DNA of 64,000 nt, taken from a virus. Numbering within the stretch: position 1 is the stretch's first letter; every line of letters starts with the position of its first letter. Position numbers and translations under genes: made by a program. A model generated the notes under the pieces. That model made no database searches. It was given only the letters and a program-made list of their open reading frames with translations, and was not told the origin of the DNA. Below are positions 19,032-28,805 of this stretch, one piece after another. The DNA is taken from UHGV virus genome UHGV-0093367, one strand, 5' to 3'.

Positions 19032-19264
19032 TAATACAAAGAAAAGCCCCGACAATACATCGGGGCAACTTTGGAAATTTTCTTCTTTATTCTTTTGTTG
19101 ATCCGGTCTATGGTTCTCGGACTATACCCCATAAGTTCAGATGCTTCCCATAGTGTCTTTTCGCCATAGACCCGTAATCGAAACAGTTTTTCTTCTCTGG
19201 AATCGAAACCTGCTTCTTTTAAATAAAATTTTCTTTCATCTTCTGAAAAGTCTGTATAATTCAT
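19010..19264 (-). CDS. LuxR/sigma-4-like HTH transcription activator
   Basis: FDSREEKLFRLR..KTLWEASELMGYSPRTIDRINKRIKKKI. Confidence 0.75.
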   Translation of the reverse strand: MNYTDFSEDERKFYLKEAGFDSREEKLFRLRVYGEKTLWEASELMGYSPRTIDRINKRIKKKISKVAPMYCRGFSLYYGENVAK

Positions 19265-19293
19265 ATTTCCACCGTCCTCCCTTACAAGTGGAA

Positions 19294-19605
19294 TCAAACT
19301 GGAAGAATACCGCTTAACATAAAACCGATAACTGCGCTGGCAATCGCTGTAATAACGCATACAATGATTGTATCGTAACGCTTTCCCGGGACTGCCATGA
19401 GAGTCTTTATATTGTTATTCATCTCATCCACAGTTGACTTGATATGGTTCAAGTCATTCTCACTTAATGCTGTCTTTCTTTCCAGTTCCCCGATACGCTC
19501 ATAAAACTCTTTACTACGATCAGATTGCTTCTCTTGCATCAGCTGAAAATTCTTTTCCAGTTCTTCTATGCGGTGTTCATTAAAACATTCATGTTCACAT
19601 CCCAT
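19294..19605 (-). CDS. Coiled-coil protein with C-terminal TM helix (XhlA/holin-like)
   Basis: Heptad region followed by IIVCVITAIASAVIGFML. Confidence 0.55.
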   Translation of the reverse strand: MGCEHECFNEHRIEELEKNFQLMQEKQSDRSKEFYERIGELERKTALSENDLNHIKSTVDEMNNNIKTLMAVPGKRYDTIIVCVITAIASAVIGFMLSGILPV

Positions 19606-19717
19606 CGCCAGTTCCTTTCTTCACTCCCTTAACATTTGCTTTTCCCTACTGAATATAAGCAACCCAGCGGCACTCCGGGAGGACAAAAATACTGTGCCAC
19701 GTGACCCAACCATCTTA

Positions 19718-20044
19718 TTAAATTAAACTTCCTGCAAATGGAAAAACGCCATGATTGATATATATTTCTGTTTCGGATTCCCAGTTTCGACTTACTGAGT
19801 TCTCAGAGTGCGATTCTTGGAACTCGGCTCCCTGCTTCACAAGGAAATAGAGAGCCAGATCAAATATGCAATCATAACAGTATTCCATGTCGGCATTGAT
19901 TCTTTCCTCTGTATATCCAGACGGATAGTTGCGTTTCTTTTTGAACGAACGAATTGCACGCTTCACAGACAAAGAAATCATACCGTCAGTTTCCGCATCA
20001 TCGGATAGATATTCTTTCAGATCATTCACAAGCTGTTCGTTCAT
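19718..20044 (-). CDS. Head-tail connector (adaptor) protein
   Basis: KQGAEFQESHSENSVSRNW motif, follows the capsid gene. Confidence 0.8.
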   Translation of the reverse strand: MNEQLVNDLKEYLSDDAETDGMISLSVKRAIRSFKKKRNYPSGYTEERINADMEYCYDCIFDLALYFLVKQGAEFQESHSENSVSRNWESETEIYINHGVFPFAGSLI

Positions 20045-20054
20045 TCAAGATCAC

Positions 20055-20246
20055 CTACCCTTGCTGAGATAAAATTTCTGAGATAATACCAGCCTTATTT
20101 GTCGATGTCAGGGCATAGCCATTGTCACTTGCGAGCTGTTTCAGTTGAACTACTGTCATGCTTGACAGCTCACTTTCTGTATACTTGTGTTTAACACTTG
20201 CTACAGATGGTGACTGGCTGTTCTCATCGAGACTATGCCCGTTTAT
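20055..20246 (-). CDS. -1 frameshift extension of the major capsid protein (Rho-N/HeH-like domain)
   Basis: The -1 frame at GCG GGG GAA TAA is open for 63 codons: INGHSLDE..YTESELSSMTVVQLKQLASDNGYALTSTNKAGIISEIL. Confidence 0.6.
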   Translation of the reverse strand: MNGHSLDENSQSPSVASVKHKYTESELSSMTVVQLKQLASDNGYALTSTNKAGIISEILSQQG

Positions 20247-21280
20247 TCCCCCGCTTTGGTACCGATTACGATACCGCCATTAGCTTTTGCTGCTACTGGA
20301 ACAAACATGCCTGATGCTTTAGTCCAAACTGCAACTGGGTCTTGTGTAGCCCACATGGACAGAGTTACGAAGGAGCGATTTTCTTCCTGAATGAACTGTC
20401 TGTACTCAAGTTCCTCTGGTGTTACGCCCCAGAGTCCAGTACCAAATGAACCGTTCGGCTCTGCTTCATACAGAGTGAATACATCCTCTTTGAAGTATCT
20501 TCCTGTTTTGAGTGAGCCATCTGCTTTTCTGAATCTGAATTTCTCGTCGCAACGATCAATTGTGATCCCGTATTCCTGCATAAGCAGATTAGCAAGTTCC
20601 TGCTTAGTAAGGAGACGTTTGTTTGCTGCTCCTAAGACTGCTGTCTGCATTGCAGTGTTGTTTCTCATATAATTAATCATTTTAAGGGATGTCAGGGCTT
20701 TGTTTACTACGAAACCATTGTCTTCTGCGACAGCAACCATCTTCTGGATATCGCCCATGATGTCCGCATCTGGCTTAGACCAGTCTGTCATTTCTACCTT
20801 TGCGCTGGACGGAACGCCGTAATCAATGCTCATATCAACGTTGTTCTCTTTGACTTTTACTGCACCAGTAGAAAGGAACTGTCCTTTCATAACATTTGCT
20901 CTGGCAACAACACCTTCAAAAAGGTTAGCTGCATCATCAAATACAAACTTCTTTAAGTTCTCGTCATCCGGCACACCGTTTTCAATTGCCTGCTGTAATC
21001 TCTCAGACTGATTGATTTTTCTCTTAATAAAGAGCTTTTCAGTCAGTACTTTTTCGAAACCAGGTCTGGAGCCGATCTCTGCTTTGGTATCAAGGGCGTG
21101 AACGAACGCTACTTCTGGAAGTCTTTGTCCAGTCATAAGTCTGTAGTATTCAGCTTTCAGGAACTGTGTTTTGACATCCGGGAATATGGTGTCAAGAATA
21201 CCCGGTCTTTTTACGCTGAAATCCTGAGAAAAGTTAAGTCTTTCTTCCTGTGTGATTGATTCTAAAATATTAAATGGCAT
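20243..21280 (-). CDS. Major capsid protein (lambda gpE-like family)
   Basis: 345 aa after the scaffold and decoration genes (IDYGVP, DIMGDI, GTGLWGVTPEE). Confidence 0.9.
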   Translation of the reverse strand: MPFNILESITQEERLNFSQDFSVKRPGILDTIFPDVKTQFLKAEYYRLMTGQRLPEVAFVHALDTKAEIGSRPGFEKVLTEKLFIKRKINQSERLQQAIENGVPDDENLKKFVFDDAANLFEGVVARANVMKGQFLSTGAVKVKENNVDMSIDYGVPSSAKVEMTDWSKPDADIMGDIQKMVAVAEDNGFVVNKALTSLKMINYMRNNTAMQTAVLGAANKRLLTKQELANLLMQEYGITIDRCDEKFRFRKADGSLKTGRYFKEDVFTLYEAEPNGSFGTGLWGVTPEELEYRQFIQEENRSFVTLSMWATQDPVAVWTKASGMFVPVAAKANGGIVIGTKAGE

Positions 21281-21292
21281 CTGCTTACCTCC

Positions 21293-21637
21293 TTAAAATT
21301 CTGGGTCTGTAGTGGTTACAAAAACGATGCCTGCTTTTTCAAGCTCTGTTTTTGCAGTTGTTTCTACTGTTACCGGAAGTCTTTTTTCAAGAACACGGCC
21401 TGCAACAATTACGGAAATCGGTCGTTTTGTATCGTCTGTCATATCGACGTCTTCAAATACAATGCCTTTAGCACCAGTTGCGTTTGTCGGATATACAGAA
21501 CCTGCCTTGATAATCTTCTTAGTTCCAACGGTTTCAGCATTTGTCTGTTCTGCTGTATAGGTTTTAAGTACCAGTCCTACCTCGGATTCGAGGACATTAG
21601 GTGTGGATTCGTACTGCTCTGTTTTCATAAAAGCCAT
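21293..21637 (-). CDS. Head decoration protein
   Basis: KKIIKAGSVYP..GIVFEDVD..LP, between scaffold and capsid. Confidence 0.75.
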   Translation of the reverse strand: MAFMKTEQYESTPNVLESEVGLVLKTYTAEQTNAETVGTKKIIKAGSVYPTNATGAKGIVFEDVDMTDDTKRPISVIVAGRVLEKRLPVTVETTAKTELEKAGIVFVTTTDPEF

Positions 21638-21655
21638 AATCTAAATCTCCTTTTC

Positions 21656-22282
21656 TTAAATATTTACTGGGGCATTATCATCTGCCGGTTTATTTTCTGA
21701 ACACATTTTTGCTGAGTACGCTTTTGCATATTCAGATGCTTCGCTTTTCTTTTCTGGTTTTCCACCGAATTTACTGCCACCCGGATTAGGTGTGTTTTCA
21801 AGGGCTTCTTTTTCCCATGCGGCTTTTGCGGTATCAAGCGTTGATTTATTTACTTCGGAAATTCCATCAACAAAAGTCCGGGCTTCTTTGAGCGCATCTT
21901 CAGCATCCATATTTGAAAATGCTTTGATTGCTCCTGCATAGGCATCTCCTTTCATTCCTGCACTTGCAAAAATAGAAGTGATTTTACCTGTCAGAGCGTC
22001 TTTCTGAGCTGTTTTGAGTGCAGATTCGAGATCAGAAATTCTTTTTTCATTTTTTGCTTTCTCTTTCTGATGCTCCAATTCTGTTCTTTCAGCTTCACTC
22101 ATGTTCTGCTTTTTCAGTTCTTCCAGTTCTGTTTCCAACGCTTTTACTTTTTCTGCATCTTCTTTTAATTTCTGATTTTTGGCTTTTTCTTTAGCCACAT
22201 CAGAATTTGACTGATTCAGAAATGAAGTAATCTGCTCATCGGTTGCATCTGGAAAGATCTTCTTTACATCTTCTCTTGTCAT
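21656..22282 (-). CDS. Capsid scaffold protein
   Basis: Charged coiled coil with MSEAER, ending NTPNPGG. Confidence 0.8.
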   Translation of the reverse strand: MTREDVKKIFPDATDEQITSFLNQSNSDVAKEKAKNQKLKEDAEKVKALETELEELKKQNMSEAERTELEHQKEKAKNEKRISDLESALKTAQKDALTGKITSIFASAGMKGDAYAGAIKAFSNMDAEDALKEARTFVDGISEVNKSTLDTAKAAWEKEALENTPNPGGSKFGGKPEKKSEASEYAKAYSAKMCSENKPADDNAPVNI

Positions 22283-22405
22283 TGAAATCTCCTGTCACCA
22301 ATACGCTTTTTTACGCTGTTCGCTCAGCTCAAGGTGCCTCCCATGATTACGCTATCGGGGTGCATATTTTTTAATAAAAAAGAGACGATTTTACTCGTCT
22401 CTAAA

Positions 22406-23059
22406 TTAACTGTATTGAATTGAACACCGGCAGTTCACAATCTCGTCTGCCGAAGCTCCTAGTGAGGTGCCTTTTGGAAATTGTAGTAAGCTATCTCCAA
22501 CCGAAAACGGCTCATCAATCGGGAGTATGGTTCCTCCGACTTCAAGGTGTGTTTTTCGTTCCCTTTTGTCTCCTACGTCAATCCATTTCTTCTTTGTCTT
22601 TCCTGCTTTCACAGCTTTTGAATACTGTCTGTAATTCAGTATCGAATTAGCTTCGCATTCTGAAATAAACATTGCCCGGTCATTTGACAGGTAATAATCA
22701 TCAGTAATGCTTCTGTCTTCGGCAGAAAATCTTTCAAATGTTGCATCAATAATTTGTTTTGTCACGCCAAGAGCATATTGCTTGATATACGTATCTATAA
22801 GCATATATGAAGCAATTACATCCAGATATTTGTCATAAAATTGAGTCTGAATGTATTCTTGATCTGATTCTCCACTTTCTATGGTTGTTTCTATCAGTGC
22901 TAAAATATAAAGGACAACTTCTTCCATTTGTTCGGAAAAAGCTATCCTTTCTTGCTTTTCTTTGTCTGATATTGACATTTTGCTGAAATATTCTTTATAC
23001 GGTTCGCTTCTGCGATTACTGGGTCTGATATTCAATTCATCGTATGATGAAACGCTCAT
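22406..23059 (-). CDS. Minor head protein (Mu gpF/SPP1 gp7-like)
   Basis: KKKWIDVGDKRERKTH..EIVNCRCSI. Confidence 0.85.
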   Translation of the reverse strand: MSVSSYDELNIRPSNRRSEPYKEYFSKMSISDKEKQERIAFSEQMEEVVLYILALIETTIESGESDQEYIQTQFYDKYLDVIASYMLIDTYIKQYALGVTKQIIDATFERFSAEDRSITDDYYLSNDRAMFISECEANSILNYRQYSKAVKAGKTKKKWIDVGDKRERKTHLEVGGTILPIDEPFSVGDSLLQFPKGTSLGASADEIVNCRCSIQYS

Positions 23060-24510
23060 TCTGAAATCACATCCTTATTGAAGCCATTCAACAAATCTTG
23101 CGCTTTCTGCAGCTCTGAGTCTGGGTCTGCTAATTCCGGATAAATAGTTCCGAGATATGGCAAACTCATTTCATATACTTTTTGCGGATCACTAAATAAT
23201 CCGCAAGTAATCAGCGCAATAAGCGGATGAATTTTATTCTTAAACAGATAATCAAGTGCCTGTGCTTTGACAAGCATGTTATCTGTCGGGTTTCTGGTGA
23301 TTTTTACATCAAAATCTCTGGTCGAAATATTTACATCCATTGAAGTTTTTCGGATGATATTCAAAATGATTCTGGCAGATGCTTTTTCAGCTTCTTTCGT
23401 AAATGCTTCTACCAATTTTGCGTCTCGTTCTGCAAAATCCCAACCATTCCTCAGATACACTGCATTTCCTGTGTCTCCACCGGTATTACTCTGTCGATTC
23501 GGCATTGCTTCTACAATCAGCATATTGTTGTAAATATCATCTTTAGCAACCTGACTCTCTGACTGATTTAGTTCAGCAGTCATTAAGTCAACGTCTGATT
23601 GTGTTCCATTCCCGACGTCTTTTACAGATACAGCACCGAGTTTTATCATTTTTACAAATTCTGTTTCGTCAATCTCACAGTTTTTGAATTTCATCAAGGC
23701 TTGTACGAACTGTTCAACCCCATTCAGCCTGTCAGATTGATATTTGTTGATTGCATCATACATTGTAATCGCAATTTCGATGTCGGAAAGTCTATCGTGA
23801 TTATTTGGGTATTCAACAATCGGAATACCGCCAAAACCATTGATTCCAGATTCTGTCACCACTCCATTTTGTATTTTGAAATATTGTCTGGAAGAATAAC
23901 ACTGGTAATACTGCTGATTGTCCTCGTCTTTCAGAATCTGAACGGAAAGCACTGGCTTGCCAGTAACGCTTGAATAAACAATATATACATCCTGCGGTGA
24001 TGGGATAAATATTCTGAAAGGCGGTAAGTCTCCATCCTTTGTCCATTCATCCTCTCTCAGGATTGCTTTATATGCAGTTCCTACCGCACTCTGATATATT
24101 CCGAGTTGAATGTTTCTAGCATCTGCATTGGCTTCATCCAGATAATCATTAAGCCGGTCAACTTGTTCGTTTGTTTTTTTACTCGCTTTTTTCTTCTTGC
24201 AGACATACTGGATAGGTTCTCCGTATATCTGCCCTGCCTTGAATTTGACTGTTTCAAGGGCATGATTTTCGACAACTTTATTGTTGACCTCTGGGCGAAC
24301 AAGTTTTTCACGATATAAAATTGGCTGATCACCTTTGTAATATCTGTAAAGATAATCCATCAGGGTTCTATTCCTGTTATGGATTCCAATTGTATCAGAA
24401 AGGACCTGTGCCACGTTCTGGGGAGTAATCTGGTCTACGCCAGTATAGGCAGTTTTTCTACCAAATTCTCCTTGGCATAGGTCAACAAAGCTTATTTTGT
24501 TTCTCCCCAC
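23056..24510 (-). CDS. Portal protein (SPP1 gp6-like)
   Basis: YYKGDQPIL, NNKVVENHA and IPIVEYPNN motifs; GTG start after a GGAGG RBS. Confidence 0.9.
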   Translation of the reverse strand: MGRNKISFVDLCQGEFGRKTAYTGVDQITPQNVAQVLSDTIGIHNRNRTLMDYLYRYYKGDQPILYREKLVRPEVNNKVVENHALETVKFKAGQIYGEPIQYVCKKKKASKKTNEQVDRLNDYLDEANADARNIQLGIYQSAVGTAYKAILREDEWTKDGDLPPFRIFIPSPQDVYIVYSSVTGKPVLSVQILKDEDNQQYYQCYSSRQYFKIQNGVVTESGINGFGGIPIVEYPNNHDRLSDIEIAITMYDAINKYQSDRLNGVEQFVQALMKFKNCEIDETEFVKMIKLGAVSVKDVGNGTQSDVDLMTAELNQSESQVAKDDIYNNMLIVEAMPNRQSNTGGDTGNAVYLRNGWDFAERDAKLVEAFTKEAEKASARIILNIIRKTSMDVNISTRDFDVKITRNPTDNMLVKAQALDYLFKNKIHPLIALITCGLFSDPQKVYEMSLPYLGTIYPELADPDSELQKAQDLLNGFNKDVISE

Positions 24511-24597
24511 TGCCTGTCCTCCTATTTTTCTGCATGAAAAAAGCACCAAGGGTTCTTCCCGGTGCTTATTTTACAGCTTATATTATATAATATATGC

Positions 24598-24632
24598 AGG
24601 TATTATTCAGTATTATCAGGTATTAACTTTCA
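24598..24632 (-). promoter_or_regulatory. Late-promoter activator site, copy 1
   Basis: 35 bp identical to 8053-8087. Overlaps the stop of the ArpU-like gene and is followed by TATAAT. Confidence 0.75.
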
Positions 24633-25048
24633 AAATTCTTAATGTTTTTGACGATATTCAGTGCTTTCGAATGCAATAATTTCACATGAGAATAGGAATA
24701 TCCCATTTCACAGGCAATCATTTCAAGCCTTTCATCTTTTACATATCGCCTAAACAGCAGATCATACAAATCTGAATTGATATCGCTCACCTTGTCTATT
24801 GTTTCAATAATGTCTTGCTTTTTCTTTGTGTATTCAATAACCATTTTTTTGATTTCTGTTTGAATGTCAACAAGTTCGCTTACGACATCGGTCATTTGAT
24901 CGGGATTCGGAGTAGACTGAACTTTTTCACCATATGAGAACGATTTAAGCCCAAGAGCAAGACTTCTTAAATGTTCTTCTTCGTATTTTTTATTTTTAAT
25001 AAGCTTGTCATATTTCTGAATTTGCCCTAAATATTCTCTTGTGGTCAT
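24623..25048 (-). CDS. ArpU/RinA-family late transcription activator
   Basis: MTTREYLGQI..LLFRRYV..LEMIACEMGYSYSHVKLLHSKAL. Confidence 0.8.
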   Translation of the reverse strand: MTTREYLGQIQKYDKLIKNKKYEEEHLRSLALGLKSFSYGEKVQSTPNPDQMTDVVSELVDIQTEIKKMVIEYTKKKQDIIETIDKVSDINSDLYDLLFRRYVKDERLEMIACEMGYSYSHVKLLHSKALNIVKNIKNFES

Positions 25049-25049
25049 A

Positions 25050-26786
25050 TTATCTCCTTCCCCAAAATGGATTGCGCATTGCAGTTGCTTTTCCGCCTAA
25101 TGGATTCTGCACGTACTCTGCCATCATTGCCAAGCTGTCCGGGCCATCATCATGAGCTACTTTTGCCCTTGTGGTATATGTGGTCACATTTCCCATAAAT
25201 AATCCGTAGTCGGATTTTGGTTTATACTGGCTCGGATGTAAAAAATAAAAATGCTTTGATATGTAATCAGAGTTTACGAGAATTTTTGTCTCTTTATTTG
25301 CTTGCGTAGGTCTTGTTTCGATATCCGCTCGGCATTTCCCTGAGATTATCTTTTGAATGTTGTGCGCAACACGATTTCCTACGTTATTTGACTCGAATCT
25401 GATTTTGTGCGGATTGTGTTTTATCAAGATATCGGCAGTCTTTCTGTCCAGGATGTCGTAATCTGTGGTATCATCGAAAACAACGTCCGGGATAAAAAAT
25501 TTATCCCCATATTGATATGCAATAGGTAATGATTCAAAATCTGTACCTTTATCTTTTGTATCACATACTGCCCATATTGCATCTGCTTCTCTGTCTGGTA
25601 TAATTGTGTATTCGTCCGTGCATCCATCGGGCACGTCTTCTCTGTCGAAGAAAAATCTTTTTAGCTTATCTGGCGGAAGCAGCAATCCTTCACGTTCTAC
25701 CGGTTGTTGCTGGTAAAGACAGTTATAAGAGATTTCATCCATGGACTCTTTAGCATCGTTGAAATATTTCTCAGAGAACCCATTTACTGTGAATAAAAAA
25801 TTGCTTTTGCCATTCTCGTCAAGTGCCGGAACAGCTATAAACCTTGCTCTTGGATTTCCTTCGTATAATTGTTGAAGTTTCCCTATGGGATCATGTACGG
25901 ACCATCTGGTAGCTATATAAAATTCTTTGCAACCTTCAAGTCTACGGGAACGAAGGTCATTTACTACTTTCGTCCATAAAGTATCGAGTCGGTTCTTATT
26001 CAACGCTTCCTCGATGCCAGACACAAGGTCGTCAGCTGTAAGAAATCTATTGCATCTAGTGGCACCAGTCAGAGAACCGTCAATTGATCGGAACGTCCAT
26101 GTTTTAAAACGTCCATTTCTTTCAAGGTTTACTGTCGTTTCTTTTGCATTTGTTCCCTGAATTTCTATATTTGGGAAAACCTCATGCCATGTATACTCAA
26201 CTGGATCATTGATTATTTCTAAAACTCCGTCATATAGAGAACGGGTAAGAATGCTACTATGTGCAGATGATAAATTAAAATCATTAGGAAACCATCCGCC
26301 AACTAGCGAAAGAAAGAAGTCTTCAAGAGTCGATTTGCCACAGCCTGGAGGTACGCTCAATGCAAATATATCGAGTTTATCATCCATCAGGTCTTGCAAA
26401 GAGCCTATGATGTTATGCTGTATGAATACGCTTCTTCTTGGCTCATAGAATCTTTCTTTCGGGATTCTATTCTTCTCGAGATATAGTAATCCACTGTCTA
26501 CTTGATGATTCTGTGCTTCCAACAACAAATATTTCCAGTAAATATCGTCAAAATCTCCACTTCCAGTAATAGCAGCTTGCCTTTCTGCGATATTGTGTGC
26601 ATACTGGCTTACCTTTATTCCCATCTGTTGCGCATCTGGATTATCCTTGAAAGGAAGATCAATATTCATATTTAACAGCAGATCAAGGCAATCTTTCTGG
26701 TTTTGATAGACTGTCATATCACCATTAATAATTTGATTTAAAATTGCCCGATACCATTCAAGCGAACCCTCTGTGAATTTTTGCAT
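25050..26786 (-). CDS. terL: Terminase large subunit
   Basis: Walker A PPGCGKST, Walker B LTADDLV, TRWSVHD, YQQQP, nuclease HDDGPDSL. Confidence 0.93.
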   Translation of the reverse strand: MQKFTEGSLEWYRAILNQIINGDMTVYQNQKDCLDLLLNMNIDLPFKDNPDAQQMGIKVSQYAHNIAERQAAITGSGDFDDIYWKYLLLEAQNHQVDSGLLYLEKNRIPKERFYEPRRSVFIQHNIIGSLQDLMDDKLDIFALSVPPGCGKSTLEDFFLSLVGGWFPNDFNLSSAHSSILTRSLYDGVLEIINDPVEYTWHEVFPNIEIQGTNAKETTVNLERNGRFKTWTFRSIDGSLTGATRCNRFLTADDLVSGIEEALNKNRLDTLWTKVVNDLRSRRLEGCKEFYIATRWSVHDPIGKLQQLYEGNPRARFIAVPALDENGKSNFLFTVNGFSEKYFNDAKESMDEISYNCLYQQQPVEREGLLLPPDKLKRFFFDREDVPDGCTDEYTIIPDREADAIWAVCDTKDKGTDFESLPIAYQYGDKFFIPDVVFDDTTDYDILDRKTADILIKHNPHKIRFESNNVGNRVAHNIQKIISGKCRADIETRPTQANKETKILVNSDYISKHFYFLHPSQYKPKSDYGLFMGNVTTYTTRAKVAHDDGPDSLAMMAEYVQNPLGGKATAMRNPFWGRR

Positions 26787-26837
26787 AAAAATAGAGCCAG
26801 ACCTCCTTTCTTCTTAGGATTTAGTCTGGCTCTCATG

Positions 26838-28089
26838 TGGCTCTCTGACTGTTATTCACTTGCTTTGAAGTTATATATAGGTTTGATAATATCAACTATT
26901 TCTACGGTATCTTTGATGTTATCAATAATTTCTTGCGGTGGTTTGTAAGCCATAGGGCTTTCGTCAATCGTAGATTTCTGAACGGATGTTGTATATATCC
27001 CTTCCATAGACTCCTTAAATTCTTCTAATGAGATATTTTCTTTTGCCTTTGACCGGCTCATAATACGTCCTGCACCATGCGGGGCTGAACAGTTCCAATC
27101 CTCGTTTCCTTTCCCAACTGCAATAATGCATCCGTCTCGCATATTCATTGGAATAAGAACTTTTTCGCCATATTTAGCTGATATTGCACCTTTACGAACA
27201 ATGTTTGTATCATGGTCAATATAATTATGAATTGTATCAAACCATGTATTTCTTTGGAGTGTCCAATTCATAGCGTAAAATATAGCACTCTGTATGCATC
27301 GTCTGTTTATTCTTGCAAATTCTTGGCAAATTTTCATATCATGCAGATATTGTTTTCTATGTTCACCCGTCAAGTAGCATAATTCTTTTGGAATACCTAG
27401 TTTGTCCGGCTTCCATTTTCGTTTTAATTCGTCAATACCATTTTGGATTTCCTTGTGCCTGCCAGAATGCTTGTATTCTTTTACTAATTTTTGTATTTCA
27501 GTTTCAAGTTTATCTGTGCCTTGCATATCTTCTATGGCAATTTTCTGATATATTTCAGCTACTTGTTTCCCGAGATTCCGACTTCCAGTGTGAATTACAA
27601 GATAATTTATCCCTTTTGAATCAGTGTCAACTTCAATAAAATGATTTCCGCCCCCAAGTGTACCAAGGCTTCTGCAAATCCATTCGACATTTTTAAGCTG
27701 ATGGAAGCAGTGAAGTTCTTCTAATTCTTCAAAATTTATGATTTCGTCACGTACATTTCTTCCTGCCGGAACATTGTTTCTTATTACTTCGTCAAGGTTT
27801 TTTAAATCTATTGTCCCCACATCGGTAGGAATTTGTGTTGTAAACATTCCACATCCAATGTCTACGCCAACAATGTTTGGAATTACTTTGTCTCCAAGAT
27901 CAGCAGTAAAACCAATTACACATCCTGCTCCTGCATGGACATCTGGCATGATTCGTACTTTACATTCAGAAAATGCAGGCTGTTTTATTAATGTATAAAT
28001 CTGATTTAATGCTTCTGGTTCGATGTTTTCTGTAAATATCTTTAAGTCACTCATAATGGCGCTCCTTTCTGGCTCTCTGATTGTTATTC
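26838..28089. repeat. 20 bp direct repeats flanking rtcB (26838-26857 and 28070-28089)
   Basis: TGGCTCTCTGA(C/T)TGTTATTC, one mismatch. Confidence 0.75.
26852..28054 (-). CDS. rtcB: RtcB RNA 2',3'-cyclic/3'-phosphate 5'-OH ligase
   Basis: MPDVHAG, VGVDIGCG, GTLGGGNHFIE, HTGSRN, HNY, RKGA, SAPHGAGR, DESPMAYK. Confidence 0.95.
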   Translation of the reverse strand: MSDLKIFTENIEPEALNQIYTLIKQPAFSECKVRIMPDVHAGAGCVIGFTADLGDKVIPNIVGVDIGCGMFTTQIPTDVGTIDLKNLDEVIRNNVPAGRNVRDEIINFEELEELHCFHQLKNVEWICRSLGTLGGGNHFIEVDTDSKGINYLVIHTGSRNLGKQVAEIYQKIAIEDMQGTDKLETEIQKLVKEYKHSGRHKEIQNGIDELKRKWKPDKLGIPKELCYLTGEHRKQYLHDMKICQEFARINRRCIQSAIFYAMNWTLQRNTWFDTIHNYIDHDTNIVRKGAISAKYGEKVLIPMNMRDGCIIAVGKGNEDWNCSAPHGAGRIMSRSKAKENISLEEFKESMEGIYTTSVQKSTIDESPMAYKPPQEIIDNIKDTVEIVDIIKPIYNFKASE

Positions 28090-28135
28090 GAGTGTAAATT
28101 GAGTTTCATCAAGTTTGGGCTGGATTATATATGAT

Positions 28136-28627
28136 CTATTCTCCTTCCAGCACTTTAATAATAATTTCTTGAATTGCGATAAAATCAGAACACGACATAT
28201 TGGTTTTATTAGAACGAAAATATATATCAATTTCTTTCAGCAACAATTTATGTATCCTGTGTTTCTGGTCATCTGTAAGATAATCTTTTTCGATTGGTTT
28301 CTGGTTGTATATATCAAACCATTCTGATGCAATTTGTTTTATTATGATTCCCTGAATTGCATTATAAATAATTGATTGCCATTCTACACAAGACAAATTT
28401 TCTCGACATGCCAATGTTCTATGCAATGTGTCTTCCTCTGCGTTCATGAGATCAAACGGAATTATTTTTGAACCAATTTTAATAAGGCATGTATCGTAAT
28501 TACATATTTTTCGAGATTGGAGTTTAATATATGCAACTTCTTTTTCTAATGGATCAATTTCAATCCGCGCTTTTACTTCTTCGTCTGTTTCTATAATTTG
28601 TACAGGCACATTTTCTATGCTTAACAT
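28136..28627 (-). CDS. Hypothetical protein
   Basis: 163 aa AT-rich ORF with a GAGGTG RBS. Confidence 0.5.
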   Translation of the reverse strand: MLSIENVPVQIIETDEEVKARIEIDPLEKEVAYIKLQSRKICNYDTCLIKIGSKIIPFDLMNAEEDTLHRTLACRENLSCVEWQSIIYNAIQGIIIKQIASEWFDIYNQKPIEKDYLTDDQKHRIHKLLLKEIDIYFRSNKTNMSCSDFIAIQEIIIKVLEGE

Positions 28628-28805
28628 AATTCACCTCATTCCGGAATCCCTAACTGCTTATAAGTAAATATAGCTTTATACTTTTTCATACATTTGTAGA
28701 AAGTTTCCGTAATAGTGCAAGTCTTTTCTTTATCGTCACATTTTGATTCTGTATCTGAACTTTTGAATTTACATCCGCCCGTTAGAAAGCATTTGATTTT
28801 TTTAT

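Noticed and set aside
9257..20245. Shared 12-mer TATGCCCGTTTA at the recombinase junction and the capsid frameshift site
   Set aside because: Many 12-nt matches are expected by chance in 64 kb, and the flanks share nothing further.
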